Assembly: GCF_006345805.1 (NCBI RefSeq)
Contig: NC_043000.1
Location: 128,154,001 to 128,218,000 of the forward strand
DNA: 64,000 nucleotides
Direction of reading: 5' to 3'
DNA from: Octopus sinensis
Taxonomy: Eukaryota
Under the pieces are notes generated by a model that was not told the DNA's origin, made no database searches, and saw only the letters and a program-made list of their open reading frames with translations. The position numbers and the translations under genes were made by a program. Shown piece by piece: positions 24,966 to 60,421 of the stretch (positions are counted from its first letter, which is position 1; every line of letters begins with the position of its first letter).

Positions 24966-25929
24966 GCCTATACATATGTAAATATACATAAATATATAGT
25001 TAATCCAAACATGAAAACACAATGAGAAAACACAACAACGCGAGGACGTGGAACAAGTATAATGTTATTGGACGCTCAGGAAAGGAAAGAAAGAGGGAGG
25101 ATTTAACGTTTCGAGCGGAGCTCTTCGTCAGAAACATAGGAAAAGGAAAGATCCAAGGAAGGAAAGACGGGGGAAAAAATCGCCAATGATACACACGCGG
25201 TCACATATTGAATCATAATATATACATATACATACAAGCACATTCATACATATGTACACACACATACAAACACATGAAAGAATCGATAAAAATAACTGAA
25301 AGTAAAAAACAAATTTTTGCAATATAAAAGATTTTGTGGAGTGCAAATTGTTTTACGACGCTACTCATCGTGTAATGGAACTTTTGCAGTATTTAAGAAA
25401 CGAGTGTATCAAAATAGAGTGATTATATCAAAGTCTAATTTTGCGGCCTAGTGATAAGACATCTATTTTATCTTTTTCTCCGAAGAAGGACAAATGTCCG
25501 AAAAGTTAACCTTTTCTTCACGATTTAAAATTTAATTCTCTTATGAACCAATTATGCTAATCCAAGTCAACGATGGGACAACACCTTGGAGGCCACTCTA
25601 CCTGTTAGAAATAGCAGTCAAACGTTTTGTTGTTCAGGCGATTCAGATGCGTACCTGCTACCACTCTGTTCGAGCAGAGCTGACCAGAGGCCGTACTACA
25701 GCAACATAACAAAATGATTATGGAGATTGGTTTGAAGTAGTAGCAACACTTACCTTTGAACCTCTGGTAAATAGCTTCCGTAACCGACATCACAGGCATG
25801 TTGATCCTTGGCCAGCAGCAAAGGATCCGTAGTTATCTGGAGGAAATAACCGATAATCACCCCAAGTCCAAGACAAAGTGTGGATACAACAAGTGTTAAC
25901 ACTGAGTAGAGACGGTAGGAACTCTTCAT
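3988..25929 (-). CDS. Gene A: 12-exon CBM9-like/DOMON-like domain protein with N-terminal membrane anchor, 420 aa
   Basis: All junctions GT-AG and phase-compatible; spliced CDS 1263 nt. Motifs [80 protein letters not shown] match my recollection of CBM9-like proteins. Family call is from memory, not a search. Confidence 0.85.
4688..4848 (-). mobile_element. RTE-type LINE/SINE 3' tail with (TGA)n end
   Basis: Minus strand gtggttggcgttaggaaggacatccagctgtagaaac...ggacgttaaacgatgatga; a short second copy lies near 4335-4375. Confidence 0.55.
5145..5268 (-). CDS. Gene A exon 11: (R)[12 protein letters not shown]...[12 protein letters not shown]
   Basis: tttatag acceptor, GTAAGT donor, 124 nt; homologous to gene B exon 11. 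Confidence 0.9.
6566..6915 (-). mobile_element. Degenerate tRNA-derived SINE family A, two partial copies
   Basis: Variants of the gtcgattacatcgac / aaaggatgaaaggcaaagtcgacctc core seen many times in the window. Confidence 0.65.
7279..7349 (-). CDS. Gene A exon 10: [23 protein letters not shown](R)
   Basis: atttcag acceptor, GTTAGT donor, 71 nt, same length as gene B exon 10. Confidence 0.9.
7956..8100 (-). mobile_element. SINE family A partial copy
   Basis: cgattacatcgacc...gaccccgaaagtatgaaaggcagagtcgacc core. Confidence 0.65.
8112..9372 (-). mobile_element. Near full-length degenerate mariner transposon in gene A intron 9
   Basis: TA flanks; TIRs ttaagtcgtcaagtatgaaatttg / caaatttcatacttaa; pseudogenised transposase with [14 protein letters not shown] and [10 protein letters not shown] motifs, stops and frameshifts. 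Confidence 0.92.
10088..10413 (-). mobile_element. tRNA-derived SINE family C, apparently full length
   Basis: Head with A-box tggcttagtggtt and B-box gagttcgattcc, followed by ttgtgtccttgagcaagacac core. Confidence 0.8.
10430..10521. repeat. (CATA)n microsatellite
   Basis: Directly visible. Confidence 0.95.
11905..12066 (-). mobile_element. SINE family A degenerate copy
   Basis: aaggatgaaaggcaaacttgacctcggtaagatttgaactcagaa core. Confidence 0.6.
12103..12145 (-). CDS. Gene A exon 9: (R)[14 protein letters not shown]
   Basis: gtatttatag acceptor, GTAAAT donor, 43 nt, same length and phase as gene B exon 9. Confidence 0.8.
13020..13185 (+). repeat. Dispersed gagc..gctcgaaacgt repeat (related copies ~25015-25205 minus, ~47710-47850 plus), possibly Penelope-like terminal remnant
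   Basis: Three related copies share gagcNNNgctcgaaacgt and cctgagcg motifs. Confidence 0.4.
13582..13693 (-). CDS. Gene A exon 8: (G)[17 protein letters not shown]...EIWYANFA(R)
   Basis: tttctttgtcag acceptor, GTGAGC donor, 112 nt. Confidence 0.92.
13925..14200 (+). mobile_element. SINE family A degenerate copies
   Basis: tggcagagttgttag...gttcaaatctcgccgaggtcaactt...tcctttcgggg. Confidence 0.6.
14265..14570 (+). mobile_element. LINE (CR1/L2-like group) ORF2 C-terminal and 3' UTR remnant
   Basis: Degenerate [52 protein letters not shown], typical of such LINE C-termini. Confidence 0.6.
15110..15206 (-). CDS. Gene A exon 7: [32 protein letters not shown]
   Basis: cttttacacaag acceptor, GTAAAT donor, 97 nt. 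Confidence 0.92.
16913..16970 (-). CDS. Gene A exon 6: (K)[19 protein letters not shown]
   Basis: tttttctccttctag acceptor, GTAAGC donor, 58 nt. Confidence 0.92.
17875..18810. mobile_element. SINE cluster: family A minus ~17875-18065, family C plus ~18103-18422, family A ~18430-18570 minus and ~18605-18810 plus
   Basis: Recognisable heads and cores matching other copies in this window. Confidence 0.75.
18911..18942 (-). CDS. Gene A exon 5 (32-nt microexon): [10 protein letters not shown](K)
   Basis: tttcttcatag acceptor, GTGAGT donor; homologous to gene B 40533-40564. Confidence 0.88.
19464..19740 (-). mobile_element. CR1-like LINE 3' end with (TTAAC)n tail
   Basis: [49 protein letters not shown] followed by a short UTR and tandem tail. 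Confidence 0.75.
20468..20490 (-). CDS. Gene A exon 4 (23-nt microexon): (V)FNDNAFE
   Basis: cttttatttcag acceptor, GTAAGT donor; homologous to gene B 43195-43217. Confidence 0.88.
20901..20990. mobile_element. Short hAT-like MITE remnant
   Basis: Ends ccagaatttttcaaact ... tttgataaacgctg resemble hAT-type TIRs. Confidence 0.3.
21205..21415. repeat. GAT/GAA/GAG triplet mosaic
   Basis: Directly visible. Confidence 0.9.
21448..21585 (-). CDS. Gene A exon 3: (D)[45 protein letters not shown]
   Basis: AG acceptor, GTATGT donor, 138 nt; 23 of 47 aa identical to gene B exon 3. Confidence 0.92.
21615..21935. repeat. TA/TG/CA microsatellite block just upstream of the gene A exon 3 acceptor
   Basis: Directly visible. 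Confidence 0.9.
22711..23500 (-). mobile_element. SINE family C variant interrupted by a MITE
   Basis: SINE body stops at ggacgggac (22805) and resumes at ggcgggacaccggtcc (23335); tRNA head at ~23430-23500. Confidence 0.7.
22806..23334. mobile_element. 529-bp MITE with ~75-bp TIRs and 8-bp TSD
   Basis: TIRs gcgaaat..tcccacgagagttcc..aactcatttgcata..ccaatcagagctca and its reverse complement; TSD gacgggac / ggcgggac. Confidence 0.8.
23594..23757 (-). CDS. Gene A exon 2: (S)[25 protein letters not shown]...[20 protein letters not shown]
   Basis: tttttgtttaag acceptor, GTACGT donor, 164 nt as in gene B. Confidence 0.92.
24470..24722 (-). mobile_element. SINE family B partial copy
   Basis: ttcagtttccgtctaccaaatccactcacaaggc...actgaacccggaaccatgtgg core. 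Confidence 0.8.
25754..25929 (-). CDS. Gene A exon 1: [58 protein letters not shown] (signal-anchor)
   Basis: ATG in aaccATGA context with an in-frame TAA just upstream; hydrophobic helix aligns with gene B (LC.G.GV..GY.L); GTAAGT donor, phase 2. Confidence 0.88.
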
Positions 25930-26219
25930 GGTTCGTTATTAGAAATAAATCTCTCTCAGTGTGTGAGTGTGCCTACATATATATACTCCGTCCTCTGTGT
26001 TATGCTTATAGGCTTAGAAGCACCGCAATCGATTGGACACTGTCTTAGATGAATCTGGCGAAAAGGTTTGTGATATATGTAGACCTAATGATGTGACAAA
26101 TTCTTGTATTACACACACACACACACACAGCTGTCAATGTTGAAGTGCCGTGACGAAAAGAAAATTCCCATTTTGGAGCGGTACCTTTCATCAGAAAAAC
26201 AAATAACGATAATGTGGCT

Positions 26220-26289
26220 GCAATGTGTGTGTGTGTGTGTGAGTGCGCACGCGCGCGTATGTATGTATGTATGTATGTATGTATGTATG

Positions 26290-26324
<35 letters not shown>

Positions 26325-26420
26325 GTATATGTGTGTCTGTGTGTATATATGAATTCATATATACACACAAATACGTATATATATGTACTGGCTGTATGTT
26401 CATATGTGTGTGTGTGTGTG

Positions 26421-26470
<50 letters not shown>

Positions 26471-27020
26471 TGCGTGTGTCTGTGCGTGTGCAGAAATAGT
26501 CAGTGTGTGTTATTTAAGCACGTATGTTTTGAGTTTCATTCGATAGGTACAACAGTCTGTGTTAGGTAATAAAATATATAAAAATTACTGGTTTACCTAA
26601 TAAATGATGTTGTAGTTGTTTTTGTAGAAGTAGTAGAAGTAGTAGTAGTAGCATCAGCTGCAGTAGTAGTAATAGTAGTATTAAGGGCTGTTATTGTTTA
26701 ACCCTAGGTTAGCCCTGATTCCCCAATCCTACGATCAGAGAAGTTCCAGTCATCGTCATTTCGACTTTTATTCCGACACTATCTATCTACTTATCTGTCT
26801 GTCTACCTACCTACTTATCTATCTACCTACCTGTCTGTCTGTCTGTCTATCTACCTACCTACCTACCTACCTACTTATCTGTCTGTCTGTCTATCCACCT
26901 ACCTGTCTGTCTGTCTACCTACCTACGTACCTGTCTGTCTATCTATCTATCGATCTATCAATCTATCTATCTATATGTCTATCTGTCTGTCTGTCTGTTT
27001 GTATATCTGTCTGTCTAATC
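26220..27020. repeat. Microsatellite blocks (TG, TATG, AGT, TATC/TGTC/TACC) upstream of gene A
   Basis: Directly visible. Confidence 0.9.
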
Positions 27021-28029
27021 GGTTAGTTGTTCGTGAGTCTGAAAAAAAGCACTCTCAAAAAATTTCTTTTGAGCAGTAATATTTTATGTAGTTGTTAGTT
27101 ATTGCCGGTCAGAAAATTACCATTGGTTTCACGCCTATTATGCTCTTATCAATATAGGCGACTCGTCAGACCTGCTGGTTGAAAGCAAATAACCTCTTTA
27201 CTAATGGAGGTAAGAATATAGTTTTAGTCAGCCAGGGTTGTGAAATAAAAATAATCTGAATCGAAATTGTTCGAGGCGAAAACCCCTACTGGGCAAGATA
27301 GAGTTATTTCCCTTTGACCGGTTCGAGTTGTGTCAGAAAAGGCTAAGCTTATGTACGATTTCCGTTTAGTTATCAGCAAGCGAGAAGTTCCACGTTCCAA
27401 AAAGAATTTTCTCTCATAAGGGCACCGACTAAATATTTCACTTTTAGAATTTGAAAAGTAAATATTTTGGAATTTGTCATGCAAATATTTTAGGATCCTT
27501 GCCACCTCGGTCAAGCAAAGTTTGCATTGTCTACTTCCGTTGAGGTATGGTCCAGGCTGTTCCAGGAACTTCCATTTTATCCCGAGTGGGGTCCCTTCTT
27601 TTAAACGCTATATGTAGTTGGCCCAAAACGTAACGTTGTAACTTTGGATTCATTAATGTCACATTGTGTAAAGTAAATCATTACTCCTCTACTTCCATGC
27701 CTTTTTAAAACTGTAGCGGAACTAAGTTGGATAGAAACAGTTCATTTTCTTCCACAATAGGAACGCATTATTAGTTTGGTATCACGACTGTTTCTGCAAA
27801 ACCATTAAAATAGAGGAATGCAGAAACTTCTAAATGATTGGTTGTAGGTATGATGTAGCAGGGCATGCATAAGGGGATAGTTTCCGTCACTCACTTAGAT
27901 GTCTCTGCTGAGTCAAAGGTGAAGTACATGTGTCGACAAGGACAGCTGGCCCAGAACTGGTGGAGATCTGATCATTCAGCTGATCAAAATACTAAGAATC
28001 TAGTCCAAATATTTATAGCAGAGTAATCT

Positions 28030-28250
28030 CCGCTAAAGGCACACATCGATCAAGAGACGGCATTAAACCTGGTGGTATGCGGTACCGTCCTGGGGTATTT
28101 TCTACGTCATATACAACGGGGCTACATTGGGCAACGCCTCACCAGGCATATGAAGATCCAGAGCCAAGCAGCAATACAAAAGCATATAGTTAAAAGTAAC
28201 CTAACGCAAAAAAAGAACTCAAAATACATTGTAAAGTTTATATATATTTA
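28030..28250 (+). mobile_element. Possible Penelope-like GIY-YIG endonuclease remnant
   Basis: GYIGQRLTRHMKIQSQAAIQKH resembles the YIG..T..L..R..H..AI..H pattern; heavily degenerate. Confidence 0.3.
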
Positions 28251-28585
28251 TTAAAATCAAGGATATCATACTTTTTCCACTCAAAGTTTTTCCAAATTTT
28301 CTGATTAATTTCAAAGCATTTGATGATGCATGACTAAAAGGACTCAACATCAATGAGCATATGAGCAACAAACGGCGCCCAGTACTTTTAAATATCCTAA
28401 CTATCAGTTTATTTTAGACTCATTGATGAGTGTGTTTTCTGTGAAGTCGACCACGTGAAACCTTTAAATGTAAGGAAATAATGCTGTCTATATATATAAT
28501 GTTCAATACATTCAAATATCCGGCTTCGCGTCCTCTTTGTGACACAGCACAATATTTATATACATACTAGCACCCCTCTGTACTC

Positions 28586-28626
<41 letters not shown>

Positions 28627-28673
28627 ACGTCTGTTAGAAAATCATGTGGAATTTCTGTAAAAAGGGACGATTA

Positions 28674-53127
<24,454 letters not shown>

Positions 53128-53632
53128 TGTTTACTGAAAGACAAAGGAAAGTGCAACGAGATCAAACTTCATCTCCAAAATACCCGCTTTTTTTTCTAAA
53201 TTGCACGAAACTTCTTATTAGTTTTATAAACGAAGACAAAGCATTTTGGAATTAGTAATGTGTCAGACAAAATGGCGGCGAATTTGTAGAAACAGTTATA
53301 TTCTGAATCCAAAACCCGCCAGAGTCAACTTTCTTTTTCGTCCTTCGGTAAAATAAGTACCAGTCAAGTCCTGGGATTGATTTAAATGACAACAACTCGC
53401 CTCTAAACTTGAGACTTTGTTCTTAAGTAAATTTTCTTAAAGATATACGTATTAAGATACAAAACAACATCGATGTAAAAGATGTGAACTGCCGATCTTT
53501 TGGTCGACAAATCAGCAACAGTCACCAAGACTTTGTGCAACCTCAATTTCTACCCATAACAACAGGTATTTTTAATTTTATTTATATGACTTTTATCGGT
53601 TTATTATAAGAGAAGGGAAAAATACATGAATA

Positions 53633-54105
53633 TCATTATCATCATCATCATTGTTCGACCGTGGTCGAGACAATGGAATTTACCATGCTACGCCAGACTT
53701 CACGGTCCATCATGGCATTACGGAGGTCCTGTTGCTGGATGCCTGTATCCCTGGAGATTACATCAGGGTAGGAGAGTGTGCGCCCTCTGGTATTGCGAGT
53801 AGATGGCTTCCAGAGGAGAAGAGTAGAAATTACTTCTTTTTCAGCTCTACAACAATGTCCAGCAAACTGGGCTCTCCTACCTTTCACAAGAGATGACACA
53901 GGTGGTAATTTCCCATATATTTGCATTTTGGTTGGATGGCGCTTCCACGAGAGATTTTGAGCTCTCATAAGGAGGCGAGTGTAGGTTCCATCCAACCGCC
54001 TCTCAAGCTTCTTTGATAACGTCCAGGTTTCTGAGCCTTATAGTAGAATTGGTTCGACTGTGGCTTTGAATATTTCAAGTTTGAAGTCTTTACTTATACC
54101 TCATC
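53633..54105 (-). mobile_element. 5'-truncated RTE-clade LINE with (TGA)n tail
   Basis: Intact frame FKLEIFKATVEPILLYGSETWTLSKKLERRLDGTYTRLLMRAQNLSWK..RRAQFAGHC..DREVWR, then a TGA-repeat tail. Confidence 0.88.
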
Positions 54106-54777
54106 CTTCCTTGTCTGATTTTAAAACCTATTTAGTAAAAAGGAAAAAATATTTATTTAGGTGTTTTCTGTTAATTTTGCTATAATTTTTATCCTTATAA
54201 TAACGCCTATTGCTATGTTTCAAATACTAAACCCTTTACAATTAAAAGTAAGCAAATAAAATATTTGGTGGTGATTGTTGTACAATTATTTACATTTGAA
54301 AAAGTTACGTTATATAGAAATGTAAGAAAGATCAATTTTTCATTGTTAACTTTTTCCCTACTCTTATAATAAACCGATAAGTCATATAAATAAAATTAAA
54401 TCAGCAGAGAATTAAATGATAAAAAATTTGAAGCCGAAATCTAAAATCGTACAATCGACTTGCCGAGAGATTATATTTCTTCTTAGGACTCTCACTGTTA
54501 GGTTTATAACATTGATTTCTTACATAAGCACAACATATTCATAGAAAAGAGTAAATAAGATTGTGTGATGATCTTACATTTTATAAAGATTGTTCTAAAG
54601 AATAAAATGGCCACAGTTGGTGAGTGTAACTCAGTTTAGGACTCGGCTTGCCTGAAGCTTGCTTTCGAATTTACAATGATTGTCTCATAACTTCTCGTTA
54701 CTTTTATTACTGTGCAACTAAATGTAGATGCAGCACCTAAAAAACAAAACAAAACAATACAAAAAAAAACAATAAAC

Positions 54778-54947
54778 AGGCGCAGGAGTGGCTGTGTAGT
54801 AAGTAGCTTGCTTACCAACCACATGGTCCCGGGTTCAGTCCCACTGCGTGGCACCTTGGGCAAGTGTCTTCTACTATAGCCACGGGCCGACCAAAGCCTT
54901 GAGTAGATTTGGTAGACGGAAACTGAAAGAAGCCCGTCGTATATATG

Positions 54948-54983
<36 letters not shown>

Positions 54984-55222
54984 GTGTGTGTGTGTGTGTT
55001 GTGTGTGTGTTGTGTGTTTGTGTGTGTGTGTTTGTCCCCCCAACATCGCTTGACAACCGAATGCTGGCGTGTTTACGTCCCCGTAACTTAGCGGTTCGGC
55101 AAAAGAGACCGATAGATTAAGTACTAGGCTTACAAAGAATAAATCCTTGGGGGTCAATTTGCTCGACTAAAGGCGGTGCTCCAGCATGGCCACAGTCAGC
55201 TGAAACAAGTAAAAAGAGTAAA
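54778..55222 (+). mobile_element. SINE family B, full length
   Basis: aggcgcaggagtggctgtgtagtaag head, internal TA/TG microsatellite, A-rich tail. Confidence 0.88.
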
Positions 55223-55504
55223 AAAAAATAGAAATAGAAACATATCTTCCCCAAATCATATCCTACCTTAAATATAAAGGAGGACTTGCATTAACTTGAA
55301 GCAATAAAACATTAGAATAGTTTTAAACATTACATCATACAATATTTTTTATACAATTACTCTGCACAAACCGCTCCACGGTAGACTTTTATATTGCTAT
55401 AATTCTCTATGTTACGCTTCTCTAAATTAAAATCTTACAACACACTAAATAATTCTTTGACATATTATGAAGCTTGAACACAATACATAACACTTGCACA
55501 TCTA

Positions 55505-56046
55505 TACTCTTTACTCTTTTACTTGTTTCAGTCATTTGACTGCGGCCATGCTGGAGCACCGCCTTTAGTCGAGCAAAATCGACCCCGGGACTTATTCTTT
55601 GTAAGCCCAGTACTTATTCTATCGGTATCTTTTGCCGAACCGCTAAGTGACGGAGACGTAAACATACCAGCATCGGTTGTCAAGCAATGCTAGGGGGACA
55701 AACACACACACACAAACACACACATACATATATATACACATATATACATGTACATATACATATATACGACATATACATATATATACACATATATACATGT
55801 ACATATACATATATACCAGCATCGGTTGTCAAGCAATGCTAGGGGGACAAACACAGACACACAAACACACACATACATATATATACACATATATACATGT
55901 ACATATACATATATACGTCTACCAAATCCACTCACAAGGCATTGGTCGGCCCGGGGCTATAGCAGAAGACACTTGCCCAAGATGCTACGCAGTGGGACTG
56001 AACCTGGAACCATGTGGTTGGTTACTTACCACACAGCCACTCCTTG
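55505..56046 (-). mobile_element. SINE family B with internal ~149-bp duplication
   Basis: ataccagcatcggttgtcaagcaatgctagggggacaaac occurs at 55664 and 55813. Confidence 0.85.
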
Positions 56047-56859
56047 CACATCTATATGTTGCGTTATACCTAAACTGCACATTATCACTCAAATTACACT
56101 ATGATGTCTTAAAGTTTAATATTCTACACCTTTAATATTTTAATATTTTATCTAATATTTAATATTACACCTTTAATATTTTATCTAAAATTATTCTATA
56201 ATACGAAACTGATTGCAACAACAGCAACAACAATAAATTCATTTTATCAATGAAATACTAATTATATGTGAATTCTATCAATAAACTCTATCGTTTTATA
56301 TTTGCAAGACGTTCAATAAAACGATAAAAATTTCCTTACTTAACCTTAGTTTATGGGAAAATAATTACAAAAAAATACTGAACAGAATAATCATACTGAC
56401 ATGGGAACAAAATAAAATATCAAAATATAAATATATGCTGAATTTGGAACAATATTTGAAATCAATAGCGATAAGAGAGTTGTATATCTATGTAGTAATC
56501 TTGAAATATTTTTTTGTTACAAATCCAGATTATTTAAAAACGAAATTGTAATTTCAGAAGAGAAACAAAAAGAAAAAAAATTAAGAGAAGCGATAAGAAT
56601 TTAGAATTATTCATAACAATTTTTCCTGAAAATGATTAAATATTGAATTTTAAAATTGGAGTATTTCTGAAAGTTCACCTTTCGCGTGTTTGCCTCTGTT
56701 CTATGATGTTGTTTGATATCACTTCGGTTTTGACTCCTTTGAGAATTCAATCAGTCTCGTGCTGTGTCTTGTCACCGATTTAGCAGAATTAAAACTGAAC
56801 ATTAAAAAGACTTCAAAATAATAAATTCAGAGATAGGGTTTATGTAAAGATAAAAAGTA

Positions 56860-56978
<119 letters not shown>

Positions 56979-57149
56979 CCTCTTCCAGGTCGACCGTTTC
57001 GTTTGATATTGGTGGCGGCTTCTTGATAAATATCTTGACTGGAGAACGGGTAATTCCGTACAAAAGAAGGTCAAGATGGTCTTTGGTAAAATAGAAATGT
57101 TAAAAAACGTACACACACACGGACACACACGCACACACAAACACACACA

Positions 57150-57625
57150 CACACGCGCACACACACATATACACACATACACACACATACACATATACAT
57201 ACATACACACATACATACATACACACACGCATACACAGATTCGCACCCGCGCGCACGCACGCACACACTCACACATACGCACACGCACAACCACACTTAC
57301 ACACATACTCACACACACGAGTGTATATGTGTGTGTGTATGTATATGTAAATATAAGTGCGAATTGCATGTATGTGTGATGTGTGTGTATATATGTGTGT
57401 ATATTTATGTATATATATATATATATATACGTATATATATGTGTATATATATATATGTATATAAATATGTACATACAGTATATATATATGCATTTCTCTA
57501 TGTATATGTAGATATCTATATATGTATGTATTCATGTGCCTGCGTGTGAATACGTGCGTGTGCGTGTATGTGTGTGTGGTGTGTGTAATATGTGCGTCTT
57601 TGTATGTGTGGTGTGTGTGCGTCCA

Positions 57626-57661
<36 letters not shown>

Positions 57662-58262
57662 TATTTGAGTCACTATGTGTCTATATGCAAAGGACTACTC
57701 AAATTAATTTCAGTGTTTGAGGTCACCTCTCGCACGTAGTCTACGTCTACCACGGTGTGCTGGTGTGCGTGTGCTTCGAATACTAGCACTGTTGATGGCA
57801 TGTGAGAGAGTCAAAGTCAAATATGACAAAAGAACTGGTTGTGGGATTAACTGGTCTTCTGTCTAGGTGTGAGAGGATTGGAAAGACTTCAAAGTAGCTA
57901 TCTGGCCAATCGAAAGGTCATCGACGACATTCGCATCATATGGTATTTACGTACACCGCACACACGCACGCACACACACACACACACACACCACACACAC
58001 ACACACACACACATACACATATACATACATACACACATACATACATACACACACGCATACACAGATTCGCACCGCGCGCACGCACGCACACACTCACACA
58101 CATACGCACACGCACAACCACACTTACACACATACTCACACACACGAGTGTATATGTGTGTGTGTATGTATATGTAAATATAAGTGCGAATTGCATGTAT
58201 GTGTGATGTGTGTGTATATATGTGTGTATATTTATGTATATATATATATATATATACGTATA

Positions 58263-58319
<57 letters not shown>

Positions 58320-58815
58320 AAATATGTACATACAGTATATATATATGCATTTCTCTATGTATATGTAGATATCTATATATGTATGTATTCATGTGCCTGC
58401 GTGTGAATACGTGCGTGTGTGTGTATGTGTGTGTGGTGTGTGTAATATGTGCGTCTTTGTATGTGTGGTGTGTGTGCGTCCATGTGTGCGTGTGTGTGTG
58501 TGCGCGCGCATGCGTATTTGAGTCACTATGTGTCTATATGCAAAGGACTACTCAAATTAATTTCAGTGTTTGAGGTCACCTCTCGCACGTAGTCTACGTC
58601 TACCACGGTGTGCTGGTGTGCGTGTGCTTCGAATACTAGCACTGTTGATGGCATGTGAGAGAGTCAAAGTCAAATATGACAAAAGAACTGGTTGTGGGAT
58701 TAACTGGTCTTCTGTCTAGGTGTGAGAGGATTGGAAAAACTTCAAAGTAGCTATCTGGCCAATCGAAAGGTCATCGACGACATTCGCATCATATGGTATT
58801 TACGTACACCGCACA
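57150..58815. repeat. Tandem duplication, ~853-bp unit (microsatellite mosaic + ~300 bp unique sequence)
   Basis: gtatttgagtcact at 57661 and 58514; one substitution seen in the unique block (gaaagact/gaaaaact) plus microsatellite length changes. Confidence 0.9.
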
Positions 58816-58819
58816 CACG

Positions 58820-58919
<100 letters not shown>

Positions 58920-58994
58920 AATCTTACAAGACACACTTTCAGACACATGTGTATGTGTGTGTGTTTGTGTGTATGCATGTATGCATTGTATGCT

Positions 58995-59069
<75 letters not shown>

Positions 59070-59400
59070 TTACCTTGGGCAAGTGTCTTCTACTATAGCC
59101 CCGGGCCAGTCAAAGCCTTGTAAGTGGATTTAGTAGACGGAAATTGAGAAAGCCCGTCATATATGTGTGTGTGTGTGTGTGTATGCGTGTGTGTGCGCAC
59201 GTTTGTCTTCATCACCGCTTGACAAAAGGTGTTGCTTTGTTTACGTCCCGGTAACTTAGCGGTTCGTAAAAAAAAGTGCTAGATAAGTACTAGACCTACA
59301 AAAATGTAATGGGGTCGATTTTTTGACTAAAATCTTCAAGGTGCTGCTCCAGCATATCCGCCATCTAATGACAGAAACAAGTAAGTGAATAAAAGAATAC
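59070..59400 (+). mobile_element. SINE family B lacking head
   Basis: ccttgggcaagtgtcttctactatagccccggg core to degenerate tail. Confidence 0.75.
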
Positions 59401-59526
59401 TTATGTATGTGTGTGTGTTTATTTGTGTGTACTGTTCCGAACTCGCACCGTTGTCTGATGAACGGTTACGTAAAACTTAATGTAACAGTTTGTGAAGTAT
59501 TTTCGGCTTCAGTAAAATAATATATA

Positions 59527-60421
59527 CGAGGAGTATCCAAAAGAAACCGGAATTTTGCAATATTATTTTATTCACTTAATTTTACATGTTTATGCTTATA
59601 TCGCCTGTAAAGTATTCTCCATTTGAAGCAATGCATCGGTCCAGACGCTTTTTCCTCTGTTGGAAGCTGTGCTGGAACTTTTACGAAGTGATGCCTTTTA
59701 ACGCCTCCGTCGTTTTTTTCTTCACCTCTTCCACATCTGCATATTCCGTAGCACCAGCTTTCGTCACTAGTGATGACCTTCGAAAAAAAAAAAAAACCGG
59801 ATCAACTTCTAATTGTTCTTTCAGTTCACGACACGCATTCAATCGTGACTGCTTTTGATCTTCCGTGAGTAAACGAGACGCAAATTTTGCTGCAACTTTT
59901 TTCATTCGCAACTCCTCGCTCAAAATTCTTTGGAAGGAGCTCCAGGACACACCAGTCATATCATCAAGTCTGTCAACTGTTCGGTGATGGATCCTTCACG
60001 AATTTTCATGATGTTTTCATTCATTCAGGAGGTCGGCGGTTGCCTTGAACGAGATTGGTCCTCAAGCAGCAAGTGACCATTTCTAAAGCGTCCTTGTTAG
60101 CTGACCATTCATGGAATCGTCCTTGTAAGCTGTTTGAAGCATGACAACTGTTTTGGCGGTCGTTTTCCCCAGTAGAAAACAAAATTTCACGGAAGCACGG
60201 AAGCACGCTGTTCCTTCGATTCAGCCTTCTTAAAAATCGACGAACAGATGTGAAGTACTGCAAAACAAAGATGCAATACGTGGCAGAACGACTCCATAGG
60301 ACGCCGCCGGTCGGCAAACTGATGCCTGAGGGTCGCTTCAAGTAGATTCTAGCGGTGGAAGCTTGAACTACAACGGGCTTGTCCCACAGTGAACGTTTTC
60401 GGTTACTTTTGGGTACCCTCG
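59527..60421 (-). mobile_element. Internally deleted mariner-type element of a second subfamily
   Basis: TA flanks; imperfect TIRs cgaggagtatccaaaagaaaccg / cggttacttttgggtaccctcg; GVSWSSFQRILSEELRMKKVAAKF..RLLTEDQKQSR. Confidence 0.85.

Noticed and set aside
25095-25135. Hammerhead-like core CTGACGA-A-GAGC.GCTC-GAAAC on the minus strand (weaker one near 39570-39600)
   Set aside because: Stem I cannot form and stem III is mismatched; at most a dead remnant.
25960-26040. TATA-like and CCAAT motifs upstream of the gene A ATG
   Set aside because: TA runs are ubiquitous here; not distinguishable from chance without TSS data.
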